From contig JAPLYL010000001.1 in the NCBI GenBank assembly GCA_026395595.1, forward strand, positions 6,174 through 70,173: a stretch of 64,000 bases of DNA, given 5' to 3'. The stretch's first letter is position 1. Each line of letters starts with the position of its first letter. Shown here piece after piece: positions 1 to 7,908 of the stretch. The position numbers were made by a program, and so were the translations under genes. Origin of the DNA: Candidatus Parcubacteria bacterium (GTDB lineage Bacteria > Patescibacteriota > Minisyncoccia > Phycocordibacterales > CAIJYI01). The notes under the pieces were generated by a model. The model ran no database searches, was not told where the DNA came from, and saw only the letters and a program-made list of their open reading frames with translations.

Positions 1-1456
1 CAGTAATGGTTTCGCCTGAGTTGTAGGCGCTTTTATCCAAACTCACCGTAAACAAAGATCCGCCAAGCCAAAAAGTGTCAGCCTTTGCTTCCGGTGCAGA
101 TCCAAATAATCCTGTTCCAATCATCAATCCAAATAAAATGAACAGGCCTCCACGTTTATTTTTTCTCAAAAAATAAAAAACAAAACCGGCAACCAACAAA
201 ATAAAAAGAATAATCAATATATTTCTTACTGTATTTTGCTGTACACTTTTAGACACAATGTCGTAAGAGTTATTCGCTAAAACTTTTCCGGCATTGTCAA
301 CGATTTTTGCCGTGATTGCGGGATTTTTGCAATCATTTATTATGGAAAGAGAAAATTCTTCCATACCGCCGGTAGTCTTGTCGTTCAATGTTTTTGTAAT
401 AGGTTCAGCGCAAATTTTACCCCATTCATCCGCGACAGAGAAAATAACGGAAACTTCTTTGTTAGTTTCTGCTTGTCCAAAACGAGATTCCGGAAAATTA
501 TCTGCTGATCCGCTCCAGAAAAATGCTGCTTTGGCAATATCCCCTTTTGCGTAATAGTCTTTATCTATCGTTAAGTTTTGAATGGTAGCGCTTTCTCCGC
601 GCAAAACATAATGAAAAATTACTGAAGAAGACAGGGTTCTTCCCGTTAATTCTGAAAACAAATCTTTTTTATCGTTATTGAAAGTCAGAATTGAATCATA
701 AGCTTGAGGCTCTGTCATTTTGGGAATCTTGGCAGTAAAATCAAAAGATTGACCGGGCTCAAGAGTAATGGCATTTTGATCAACTATACTAACAACCTTT
801 CCAAACGGAGAACGATACCTCGTCTGAAAATTTGGAACAAAAGTTTTCTTTGTTTTGAACGTATTGGTAATAAGGCAATGAGCGATAAGAGTTTCTTTCG
901 CAGAAATATCAACACCCTGAGAAAGATTATAATGTTTGTCTCCCTCCTCCCCTTCTACTGTCAAGAAACATTCTTTGAAATCAATTGCTATTTTATCATT
1001 CGTCCCCTTAAGAACGATTGGATCTTTTATTTGAACCATTCCAAAAGAAAGTCCATCCGGATTTCTCGCTTCAACAACGATAAAATAATCTCCGCTCAAA
1101 AAAGACGGGGCAGTATAAATAATCTCTTTTTTTAGAGTAACATTATTCCCCAGACTCAGAATATCGTTATCATAAATTTTCTGATCGATCAGAAAAACTC
1201 CATCGCTTTGTTTTTGAAAAAGGTCTACCGCATAGATGACTTTCGGCTGAACACCTTCTCTGTTGGAGATATTGAACGAGAGAGAAAAGACATTACCGTC
1301 TTGTTTCAAAAGTTTTATATCTTGAACATTGACCGTAGCAACAACAATCACTTTTTCGGGCAGCGGCGTCAAAGAAGAAGGATCTCCTTGTGCAAACGCA
1401 AAAGGCGCTCCAAGAAGAAGAAAGATTGACGCAAAGCTTTTGAAGAAAGTATGCAT
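1..1456 (-). CDS. Partial large secreted/membrane-anchored surface protein. N-terminal signal peptide (MHTFFKSFASIFLLLGAPFAFA), predicted C-terminal TM anchor; the ORF runs off the window start.
   Basis: Hand translation of the minus strand from the ATG at 1456 shows no in-frame stop down to position 1. Only short, mixed-frame plus-strand ORFs cover this region, and it is absent from the ORF track because it is truncated at the window edge. It sits in a locus of co-oriented surface genes. Confidence 0.45.
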   Translation of the reverse strand, partial: MHTFFKSFASIFLLLGAPFAFAQGDPSSLTPLPEKVIVVATVNVQDIKLLKQDGNVFSLSFNISNREGVQPKVIYAVDLFQKQSDGVFLIDQKIYDNDILSLGNNVTLKKEIIYTAPSFLSGDYFIVVEARNPDGLSFGMVQIKDPIVLKGTNDKIAIDFKECFLTVEGEEGDKHYNLSQGVDISAKETLIAHCLITNTFKTKKTFVPNFQTRYRSPFGKVVSIVDQNAITLEPGQSFDFTAKIPKMTEPQAYDSILTFNNDKKDLFSELTGRTLSSSVIFHYVLRGESATIQNLTIDKDYYAKGDIAKAAFFWSGSADNFPESRFGQAETNKEVSVIFSVADEWGKICAEPITKTLNDKTTGGMEEFSLSIINDCKNPAITAKIVDNAGKVLANNSYDIVSKSVQQNTVRNILIILFILLVAGFVFYFLRKNKRGGLFILFGLMIGTGLFGSAPEAKADTFWLGGSLFTVSLDKSAYNSGETIT

Positions 1457-1510
1457 GGGTTTATTTTTTAAAAAATATTTTATTTATCGTAGTAAGGATA
1501 TCTCCTCTTT

Positions 1511-4192
1511 TTAACCGCCGGAACCGTTACACATCCAAACATAGTTTGCCATTGAGTCGGTGGTGTCAAAGAATGTTCCTCTTACGCAAGTATTATTAAC
1601 GGAAGTATTGCATAGCCCGTTAACAAGCGAAGTTACTGCAATTGTATCTGTTTGCCCGAGATAAGTAGCCGTAACCGTAGCCGTATTCGCGCTTTTTCCA
1701 ACAATCCACCCCTTATCTGTAATCGTATTCGTAACCGTAGCGACCCCAGCGGCGCTACTTGTCCAATTTGAAGACATGGTTACATCGATTGCCCCCGGAT
1801 GAGAAGAGCATTTAGCGCCAACTCCATACCATCCAATAGCCTGTATTCCCGTCTCTCCTACAGCAACAGTGGTCGTGAATGGACAAATAACAAATGTTGC
1901 CACATTTACCGTAAAAGGCACCCACTCAGAGGTGGCAGGATCTGTTACGCTGTTATCTTTTGTTCTTACTTTAAAAGTATAGGCACCCGAAGTGGCCCAA
2001 GTATGAGCCGTTTCTTGTATGGTTGCAGGAGTAACATATCCTGATACTGGAATAATTCCATCGGATACTCCATCGTCATTCCAATCAAATTGGTAGTATA
2101 CGTTATTTCCTTCTGTATCAGGGGCAGAATGAACATAAAAACCAACTGATTGCCCTTTACTCACCGTAATAGGCGAACCATTTCCTGAAAGGTTGGTAAT
2201 AATCGGAGGCTGAGCAGTGTTAGGAAGTATGGTTACTGTTACTGAGTCACTAACGGAAACACCAATCGAATTTGAACAGGTCATAGTGTAAGTGGTACTA
2301 GTGGTTATACCTCCGGGAGTAATTCCGGTGGAATTACTCCGATTTCTTGTCGTACTATTCCATTCAGTATCACCCGAAGAAACGCATGGATATTCAGAGT
2401 TAGTAGACGACCATGTAAGCACCGTGCTGTTTCCGGAAATGACAGAAGTCGGTGTAGCTGTAAGAGTAACGGTTGGATTCGGAACAACGGTCACTGTGAC
2501 AGACGCGCTAGCGTTGACACCTGCGGAATTGTGGCAAGTAAGAGTGGACCACTTGAGAATGGTGTTCGTTCCCGTTGCGATAGAAGATGGTGTTGCCGTA
2601 AGACTCACGGTTGGCGGCGCGACGCAAGCGCTTCCATCCCATGCATATCCAGTATTGCAGGAGAATTCACATTTCGCGACGGTATTAGGATCAGCGTAAG
2701 AGTAGTTAGTGGCGACTATAAGTCCGGTGAGATTAGTGCCGGTGTAAGCAGTTCCATTTGTTGGGACCGTTCCTCCACAGACGTATGGGTCTCTTGATGC
2801 GCTGCAAGAAGCAGTGTTGCCAGTGTTTACGCCAGTACAAGTCCATGTAGCGCTAGAACCAGCAGTCGGGAATGTTGGGAGAAAACCAGTTCCTGCTGAA
2901 CAAGCGGTATCAATACCAAAAGAAGTAACGCTTGAAGCATATGCTTTGTTGTTAGCCGTTCCACAAGCACCGTTGACCGGGATAAGAGCGGTTACTGTTA
3001 CTGAGTCGCTAGCGGAAACACCAACAGAATTGGAACAAGTAAGGGTGTAGGTAGTATCTGCAGTAACGACAGAACTAACTCCGGTAGCGTTATTGAGATT
3101 GCGAGTATTTCCTGTCCAGCCGCCAGTAGAAGTACAAGGATAAACACCACCAGTAGACGACCAAGTAAGCAAAGTACTATTCCCTGTAACAACAGAAGTC
3201 GGCGCAGCCGTAAGAGTAACGGTTGGATTCGGAACAACGGTAACTGTTGCGGAAGCGCTGGCAGTAACGCCGGCTGAATTATGACACGTAAGGGTGTAGG
3301 TGGTGGTTGTAGTGATACCGGTGACAGAATTCCCTGTTGTCAGATTTGATTTTATCTTTGTTCCGCTCCACGTTCCGCCTGATGCGGTACAGCTTGTGTT
3401 ATCAGAGACATTGGTAGTATCCCAAGTAAGGAGAGTGCTTCCATTCGGAGAGATAGAAGATGGTGTTGCCGTAAGACTCACGGTTGGCGGCGCGACGCAA
3501 GCGCTTCCATCCCATGCATATCCAGTATTGCAGGAGAATTCACATTTCGCGACGGTATTAGGATCAGCGTAAGAGTAATTAGTGGCGACTATAAGTCCGG
3601 TGAGATTAGTGCCGGTGTAAGCAGTTCCATTTGTTGGGACCGTTCCTCCACAGACGTATGGGTCTCTTGAAACAGTACAAGAAGCATTCGTTCCAGTATT
3701 TATGCCATTACACGACCAAGTAGCAGTGGAACCTGCGGCGGGAAAAGTTGGTAGAGAACCAGTTCCAGAAGAACAAGCCGTATCAACACCATAAGAGGTA
3801 ATCGTAGAAGCATACGTTTTGTTGTGAGCCGTACCGCAAACGCCGTTTACCGGGATAAGAGCGGTTACGATCACCGAACCGCTAGCGGAAACACCAACAG
3901 AGTTGGAACAAGTAAGGGTGTACGTTTTGTTCGCATTAACAACCAAACTGACCCCAGTACTATTAGAGCGGCTCCGGCTGGTGCTATTCCAGTCGGTTGA
4001 CCCAGAAGAAGTGCAGGCACCGGTCGTATTGGTTGACGACCATGTAAGCACCGTGCTGTTTCCGGAAATGACAGAAGTCGGTGTAGCTGTAAGAGTAACG
4101 GTTGGATTCGGAACAACGGTCACTGTGACAGACGCGCTAGCGTTGACACCTGCGGAATTGTGGCAAGTAAGAGTGCCAAATATGCTCCGCAA
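1511..4192 (-). CDS. Large secreted repeat protein with Ig-like (Big_2/PKD-like) modules and ~290-aa internal tandem repeats. The reading frame is separated from its probable signal peptide by a frameshift at an A7 tract; possibly phase-variable or a pseudogene.
   Basis: The 893-aa ORF has a repeated module TLTCHNSAGVxASASVTVTVVPNPTVTLTATPTSV...TWSST (3 copies) and a Cys-rich module VCGGTVPTNGTAYTGTNLTGLIVATNYSYADPNTVAKCEFSCNTGYAWDGSACV (2 copies). The C-terminal region resembles Big_2. The ORF begins at TTG with no signal peptide in frame. Confidence 0.75.
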   Translation of the reverse strand: MRSIFGTLTCHNSAGVNASASVTVTVVPNPTVTLTATPTSVISGNSTVLTWSSTNTTGACTSSGSTDWNSTSRSRSNSTGVSLVVNANKTYTLTCSNSVGVSASGSVIVTALIPVNGVCGTAHNKTYASTITSYGVDTACSSGTGSLPTFPAAGSTATWSCNGINTGTNASCTVSRDPYVCGGTVPTNGTAYTGTNLTGLIVATNYSYADPNTVAKCEFSCNTGYAWDGSACVAPPTVSLTATPSSISPNGSTLLTWDTTNVSDNTSCTASGGTWSGTKIKSNLTTGNSVTGITTTTTYTLTCHNSAGVTASASATVTVVPNPTVTLTAAPTSVVTGNSTLLTWSSTGGVYPCTSTGGWTGNTRNLNNATGVSSVVTADTTYTLTCSNSVGVSASDSVTVTALIPVNGACGTANNKAYASSVTSFGIDTACSAGTGFLPTFPTAGSSATWTCTGVNTGNTASCSASRDPYVCGGTVPTNGTAYTGTNLTGLIVATNYSYADPNTVAKCEFSCNTGYAWDGSACVAPPTVSLTATPSSIATGTNTILKWSTLTCHNSAGVNASASVTVTVVPNPTVTLTATPTSVISGNSTVLTWSSTNSEYPCVSSGDTEWNSTTRNRSNSTGITPGGITTSTTYTMTCSNSIGVSVSDSVTVTILPNTAQPPIITNLSGNGSPITVSKGQSVGFYVHSAPDTEGNNVYYQFDWNDDGVSDGIIPVSGYVTPATIQETAHTWATSGAYTFKVRTKDNSVTDPATSEWVPFTVNVATFVICPFTTTVAVGETGIQAIGWYGVGAKCSSHPGAIDVTMSSNWTSSAAGVATVTNTITDKGWIVGKSANTATVTATYLGQTDTIAVTSLVNGLCNTSVNNTCVRGTFFDTTDSMANYVWMCNGSGG
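2290..4190 (-). repeat. Intragenic tandem DNA repeats (period ~870 nt) within the surface-protein gene.
   Basis: Near-identical ~120-nt blocks at 2581-2700 and 3451-3580. Identical spurious antisense ORF peptides recur (2292..2699 vs 3300..3572; 2305..2487 vs 3871..4116). Confidence 0.7.
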
Positions 4193-4257
4193 AAAAAGAT
4201 GAAAAGCAGAACAACAAAAGAAAAACTTTTTTTGAGTTGCGAATAAAATATACGCAT
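4123..4257 (-). other. 45-aa ORF encoding a classical signal peptide (MRIFYSQLKKSFSFVVLLFIFFCGAYLALLLATIPQVSTLA...). It is in the -1 frame relative to the repeat protein and is probably the displaced N-terminus of that gene.
   Basis: Hand translation from the ATG at 4257 (minus strand). One extra A in the A7 tract at 4191-4197 would fuse it in frame to the 1511..4192 ORF, giving ...LLFIFFLRSIFGTLTCHNSAG... Confidence 0.5.
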
Positions 4258-4370
4258 AGACTTTTTTATTTTTTAAAAATAGTTAACATCCTCGCCGACA
4301 TCAAAAAGTATCTGTGATTCTTTTAATTATATCACAGGAGTAAAGAAAAAAGATGTGACTTATCCACACA

Positions 4371-4406
4371 AAAAACCGTTTCAGTTTAAATCTGAAACAG
4401 TTTTTT
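4371..4406. terminator. Bidirectional Rho-independent terminator.
   Basis: Stem CCGTTTCAG/CTGAAACAG with loop TTTAAAT. There is a T6 run on the plus strand and a T-run on the minus strand (the complement of AAAAAA at 4371-4376). It sits downstream of the 4432..5187 gene. Confidence 0.6.
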
Positions 4407-4431
4407 AATTTATACAAACGAAATAAAAACT

Positions 4432-5187
4432 CTATGGAGTATGTACTCCTCCTTTAATGTTCAAGTTTCTCACCACGAGAGCTCTTGGATCCGTCGTTCC
4501 CGTCAAAAGGTTAGCTTGAATTCTTACTTTGTCGTTTTCCGCCCAAAGAGCGCTGTAGGTGGATTTTGTGTTGCGTTCATAATCCATAAAAAGAGTCGGG
4601 ATGCAACCGGAATCTGTCAAAGCGCAGTTGACTACCGACACAGTATAGGTCTTGACAGGAGAATTTGAAACCACTGTATTGCCAATAGCCACGACACTTC
4701 CGGTAAGAGTAAAACCATTAGGCTGATTGCTTGCATTCTTTACAATACCCGTCATCACCCCATCAATAATCACGGAATCCAAGGTTGCGGTTTTTTCAAT
4801 AGTCCAATCATGTACATAGTTTGTCTTAACGACACCGGAAGAGTTCATGGTCCCGGTAAGACCGATCATATCTCCTGCATTGAATTTTTGTAGCAATGAG
4901 ATTACGGTATCACCGGCAACTTGCGTATACCCGTCAATAGCGATACTCCCTTTTTTTAATACAGAAAAATCAATGGTATAATCCTTAGCCCACGAAGTAA
5001 TGGTAAAAGCAGTATCAGCATTGGAGATAGCCGTTTTAAGCGTTCCTCTCATCGTCGTTGCTCCAGTCGTCCCGATAGAGATTACCGGCACAGCTGTCGG
5101 CGGAGTATATGGTATAGCAAGGACGGAAATCGATCCGAACAACGACATGATTGCAATAATCGTAATGGCAAATAGTTTTTTATTCAT
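4432..5187 (-). CDS. Secreted hypothetical protein with an N-terminal signal peptide (MNKKLFAITIIAIMSLFGSISVLA).
   Basis: 251-aa ORF with a clear signal peptide and a Thr/Gly/Val-rich beta-like composition. No family recognised. Confidence 0.6.
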   Translation of the reverse strand: MNKKLFAITIIAIMSLFGSISVLAIPYTPPTAVPVISIGTTGATTMRGTLKTAISNADTAFTITSWAKDYTIDFSVLKKGSIAIDGYTQVAGDTVISLLQKFNAGDMIGLTGTMNSSGVVKTNYVHDWTIEKTATLDSVIIDGVMTGIVKNASNQPNGFTLTGSVVAIGNTVVSNSPVKTYTVSVVNCALTDSGCIPTLFMDYERNTKSTYSALWAENDKVRIQANLLTGTTDPRALVVRNLNIKGGVHTP

Positions 5188-5305
5188 AGAATAAAGTATT
5201 TTTTGTTTTAGTAGTAAATAATATCTGTTACTTTTTTGTTAATCATAGTATAACATCTATTTTTTTTGTAACAAACAAAAAAAACAAAAACTTATCCACA
5301 GAGTC

Positions 5306-5656
5306 TTACACTCGAGGGTAAACGATATTTACCCCCTGTGGTCCGTCATAATTTCCGAGAGTATTTTGCATAAAACCGATAATTCCCCAAATAGTAATGA
5401 GAACAAACAAAGCGACCACCCCCCATACCATGATATTTTTTCCTTTTTCGTTGGCGTTTTTATCCTCTTGATTAAGGAGAAATAAAGCTAATCCGTAAAA
5501 GAAGGCAACAAAAGCAAGAGTTCCGAAGATATTTATGAGGGATAATGTTACCGATAAAAACATATCAAGAGTCGTTCCAAGAGTAGTAAAACCAGAGACA
5601 GCAAAAGGAACAAAAGAGAGACTGCCTATAAAAAATAAAAGCATGTTTTTTTTCAT
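5306..5656 (-). CDS. VirB2/TrbC-like (T4SS pilin-like) small membrane protein, paralog 1.
   Basis: 116 aa. Signal peptide, hydrophobic helix FFYGLALFLL, a charged loop (EDKNANEKGK), then MVWGVVALFVLITIWGIIGFMQNT. This is a typical two-helix pilin architecture and is near-identical in its C-terminus to paralog 3. Confidence 0.55.
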   Translation of the reverse strand: MKKNMLLFFIGSLSFVPFAVSGFTTLGTTLDMFLSVTLSLINIFGTLAFVAFFYGLALFLLNQEDKNANEKGKNIMVWGVVALFVLITIWGIIGFMQNTLGNYDGPQGVNIVYPRV

Positions 5657-5729
5657 AGGTTAATTATAACAACGGTTCAATAAAAAAACAAACCGCCATA
5701 ATGACAGTTTGTTTTTTTCTAAATTTTTA

Positions 5730-6002
5730 CTAATTTGAGGGGATAGAGACTCCTTCTGGTAACGTAATGCCAAAAGTTCCAATAATGAGTCTCATGATCC
5801 CAAAAACACTGATCATGATAAACATTCCCAAAAGACCCCACACCATATGCCTCTGTCCTATGGCACGATCGGCAGGACTGCCGGCGATATAATATCTTGT
5901 CATTCCATAAAGGAACAAAATAGTCGCGAGAACGAACAAGAACCCAATAAAAGGATTGAGGATATAGGTGTTTATCTTCAAAAGAAGCTGATCAATGTTC
6001 AT
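5730..6002 (-). CDS. VirB2/TrbC-like small membrane protein, paralog 2.
   Basis: 90 aa with an ATG start at 6002. Motif FLYGMT...HMVWGLLGMFIMISVFGI. Confidence 0.5.
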   Translation of the reverse strand: MNIDQLLLKINTYILNPFIGFLFVLATILFLYGMTRYYIAGSPADRAIGQRHMVWGLLGMFIMISVFGIMRLIIGTFGITLPEGVSIPSN

Positions 6003-6022
6003 AAAACGGTAATTTCAGTCTC

Positions 6023-6421
6023 TTAGATAGTGATATTAATGAGTCCGCCACCGGTGGTATTGCTCGGGGTAACGTCAGGAAGAGTAAGAGTCTGTGTTCC
6101 GGTCGGTCCTCCGACATTTCCAATAGTGTTCTGCATAAAACCGATAATTCCCCAAATGGTTACCATAACAAACAAAGCGAGAACGCCCCAGATCATGATG
6201 CTTTTTCCTTCCTTGGCTTTGTCTTCATCTCCGGCTGCCAAAACGTACATGGCCAATCCCCAGAAGAAGAATACAACGACGAGAGTGGAAACAATCGGAA
6301 CAAGCATATTGACGATAGTTCCCACCAATCCGACAAGACCCTGCAAATTTCCCGCTGTATTTTGAGCGGAAGCGATAAATGGCGCAGCAAACGCACCGAG
6401 TACTATGAGTATTTTTTTCAT
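6023..6421 (-). CDS. VirB2/TrbC-like small membrane protein, paralog 3.
   Basis: ATG at 6421 (MKKILIVLGAFAAPFIASAQ signal peptide). Motif FFFWGLAMYVLAAGDEDKAKEGKSIMIWGVLALFVMVTIWGIIGFMQNT, ending in a Gly/Thr-rich tail. Confidence 0.55.
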   Translation of the reverse strand: MKKILIVLGAFAAPFIASAQNTAGNLQGLVGLVGTIVNMLVPIVSTLVVVFFFWGLAMYVLAAGDEDKAKEGKSIMIWGVLALFVMVTIWGIIGFMQNTIGNVGGPTGTQTLTLPDVTPSNTTGGGLINITI

Positions 6422-6545
6422 ATGAAAAATGTTATACCTTATAATTTTAATAAATAAAAAGAATGAATACACATTCTATTCTCTTTAATTGTATCAGATA
6501 ACGGAATGAGGGCAAATAAACGTGTGGATAAGCAAAGAAAAACGT

Positions 6546-6830
6546 TTATGAACTTGATGGCAGTTGCGGAATAAGAAGAGGAGAAAGATTAAATGTGTTC
6601 ACCAAAACTCCGACGATCCCCCACAAAGTGAACATCACAAAAATTGCAACAATGCTCCACATCATCCATGCCTTTCCTTTCGTCCTTTTATCATCATCAC
6701 TAGTGTTGAAGATAAAAACAACGATTCCATAGAAAAACGCGGCAAAGGCGGCGGCAAAGAGCAACCCCATAGCCTTGGCGATAAGCCCGATAAAAAGATT
6801 CATAATGTCTTGAAAATTGGTCGGTGCCAT
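6546..6830 (-). CDS. VirB2/TrbC-like small membrane protein, paralog 4.
   Basis: 94 aa. Motif FFYGIVVFIFNTSDDDKRTKGKAWMMWSIVAIFVMFTLWGIVGVLVNT. Confidence 0.5.
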   Translation of the reverse strand: MAPTNFQDIMNLFIGLIAKAMGLLFAAAFAAFFYGIVVFIFNTSDDDKRTKGKAWMMWSIVAIFVMFTLWGIVGVLVNTFNLSPLLIPQLPSSS

Positions 6831-6860
6831 ATAGTTTAGTTTAGATAATAAAAGTAGTAT

Positions 6861-7292
6861 TTAACCGGTGGGCCCTCCTATCTGCGCGATCGTCCCGACA
6901 ATGGCATTCGCCAAAAGCCACGAACCGAAAAGAACCGCCGTTCCGATAACCGCCCACAGAAAAGCATTTTTTGCAGAGGTGAGTTTCGTTTCATTTCCTT
7001 GCGCGGTGAGAAAAAGAAATCCGGAATAAAGAATAAAGAACGTGGCAACAGGAACGCCTATTTGCAAAAGAATACGAAGAACACTCTGAATAAATTCGGG
7101 TAAAGAGTGAATATTCGGAGTAATCGGTTCAGCCGCCAAGTTTATTTTTGGAGGAGAATCGGCAAAAACTGATACGCCAGTAGAAAGTAACAAAACAACA
7201 AAAGCACCAACTCCAAATGTTCCGGACGGGGGTACAACCCCCGTCCGGCGACGAGCGATGGCTCTCTTTTCATTTGTCATTTCGTTTTTCAT
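6861..7292 (-). CDS. VirB2/TrbC-like small membrane protein, paralog 5 (longer N-terminal region).
   Basis: 143 aa. Motif FILYSGFLFLTAQGNETKLTSAKNAFLWAVIGTAVLFGSWLLANAIVGTIAQIGGPTG, with a C-terminal GG as in VirB2. Confidence 0.5.
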   Translation of the reverse strand: MKNEMTNEKRAIARRRTGVVPPSGTFGVGAFVVLLLSTGVSVFADSPPKINLAAEPITPNIHSLPEFIQSVLRILLQIGVPVATFFILYSGFLFLTAQGNETKLTSAKNAFLWAVIGTAVLFGSWLLANAIVGTIAQIGGPTG

Positions 7293-7455
7293 TGGAAATT
7301 TGAAATTTTATTACCCCCCCATCGACCCAATCGTATTTTGAAAAACTTTTAAGGTGTTTATATATTGATTTAATTATATCATATCAATAAAAATTTCGAC
7401 GAAGTTTATCCACAGAGTTGCACGTACTTGTTGAATGTAGCAAACGAATACTTGA

Positions 7456-7488
7456 CTTAACATAAGTTATATGTTAACTTATGTTAAG
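7456..7488. promoter_or_regulatory. Inverted repeat (11-bp arms CTTAACATAAG / CTTATGTTAAG, 11-nt spacer) overlapping a TTGACT -35-like hexamer. Candidate operator/promoter for the small plus-strand ORF.
   Basis: The arms are perfectly complementary and lie about 120 nt upstream of the ATG at 7606. Confidence 0.35.
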
Positions 7489-7681
7489 TTTGTTTTTGGG
7501 GTTATCTCAAAAAAAAGAATGGTTTCTTTGAAGTTTTTTTAATAAAACGATAAATTTCATTAGAAATTTTAACTCTACAAAGTGAAAATTCACAAGAGGC
7601 ATACAATGATTAATTCAGAATACTACCACAACAAAGGCGAACAAGATGGGGTAGAAGGGCCTTGTAGCTACGATCCCCCCA

Positions 7682-7849
7682 ATGAAAAACTTTGATTTTG
7701 ACTTTGACTACAAAGAAGATTACGATGCGGGGTGGTCTTATGCCAGAGGTCAGTATGATTATAATAATGATTGCGGATACAAACCCCAAGGCAATGAAGA
7801 ATCATACGACGAGGGCTGGGAAAACGCAAAAGAACAAGATGACGACTAG
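7682..7849 (+). CDS. Small acidic Tyr/Asp/Gly-rich protein (MKNFDFDFDYKEDYDAGWSYARGQYDYNNDCGYKPQGNEESYDEGWENAKEQDDD). The upstream ORF 7606..7695 (MINSEYYHNKGEQDGVEGPCSYDPPNEKL) is probably its frameshifted N-terminus.
   Basis: Hand-translated, below the ORF-track size cut-off. It is the only plus-strand gene inside the minus-strand pilin array and is followed by a clean terminator. The two ORFs overlap at a C6 tract (7675-7680), and deleting one C fuses them. Confidence 0.45.
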   Translation: MKNFDFDFDYKEDYDAGWSYARGQYDYNNDCGYKPQGNEESYDEGWENAKEQDDD

Positions 7850-7862
7850 ATAGTTAAGCTGT

Positions 7863-7892
7863 GACCACAATTGAAAAATTGTGGTCTTTTTA
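7863..7892 (+). terminator. Rho-independent terminator (stem GACCACAATT/AATTGTGGTC, loop GAAAA, T5).
   Basis: A perfect 10-bp stem followed by TTTTT on the plus strand. Confidence 0.65.
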
Positions 7893-7908
7893 TATTTCCC
7901 TATTGCAT

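Noticed and set aside
2292-4202. Plus-strand ORFs inside the adhesin gene (2292..2699, 2531..2797, 2814..3050, 3300..3572, 3903..4202) and the minus-strand out-of-frame ORFs 2305..2487, 2998..3237 and 3871..4116.
   Set aside because: They are antisense or out-of-frame shadows of a long repeat-rich ORF. Their recurring identical peptides simply mirror the tandem repeats.
4360-7414. Cluster of DnaA boxes considered as a chromosomal or plasmid replication origin.
   Set aside because: The boxes are 1-2 kb apart, each at a fixed distance upstream of a gene. There is no AT-rich unwinding element with clustered boxes and no dnaA/dnaN or rep gene. A regulatory-motif interpretation fits better.
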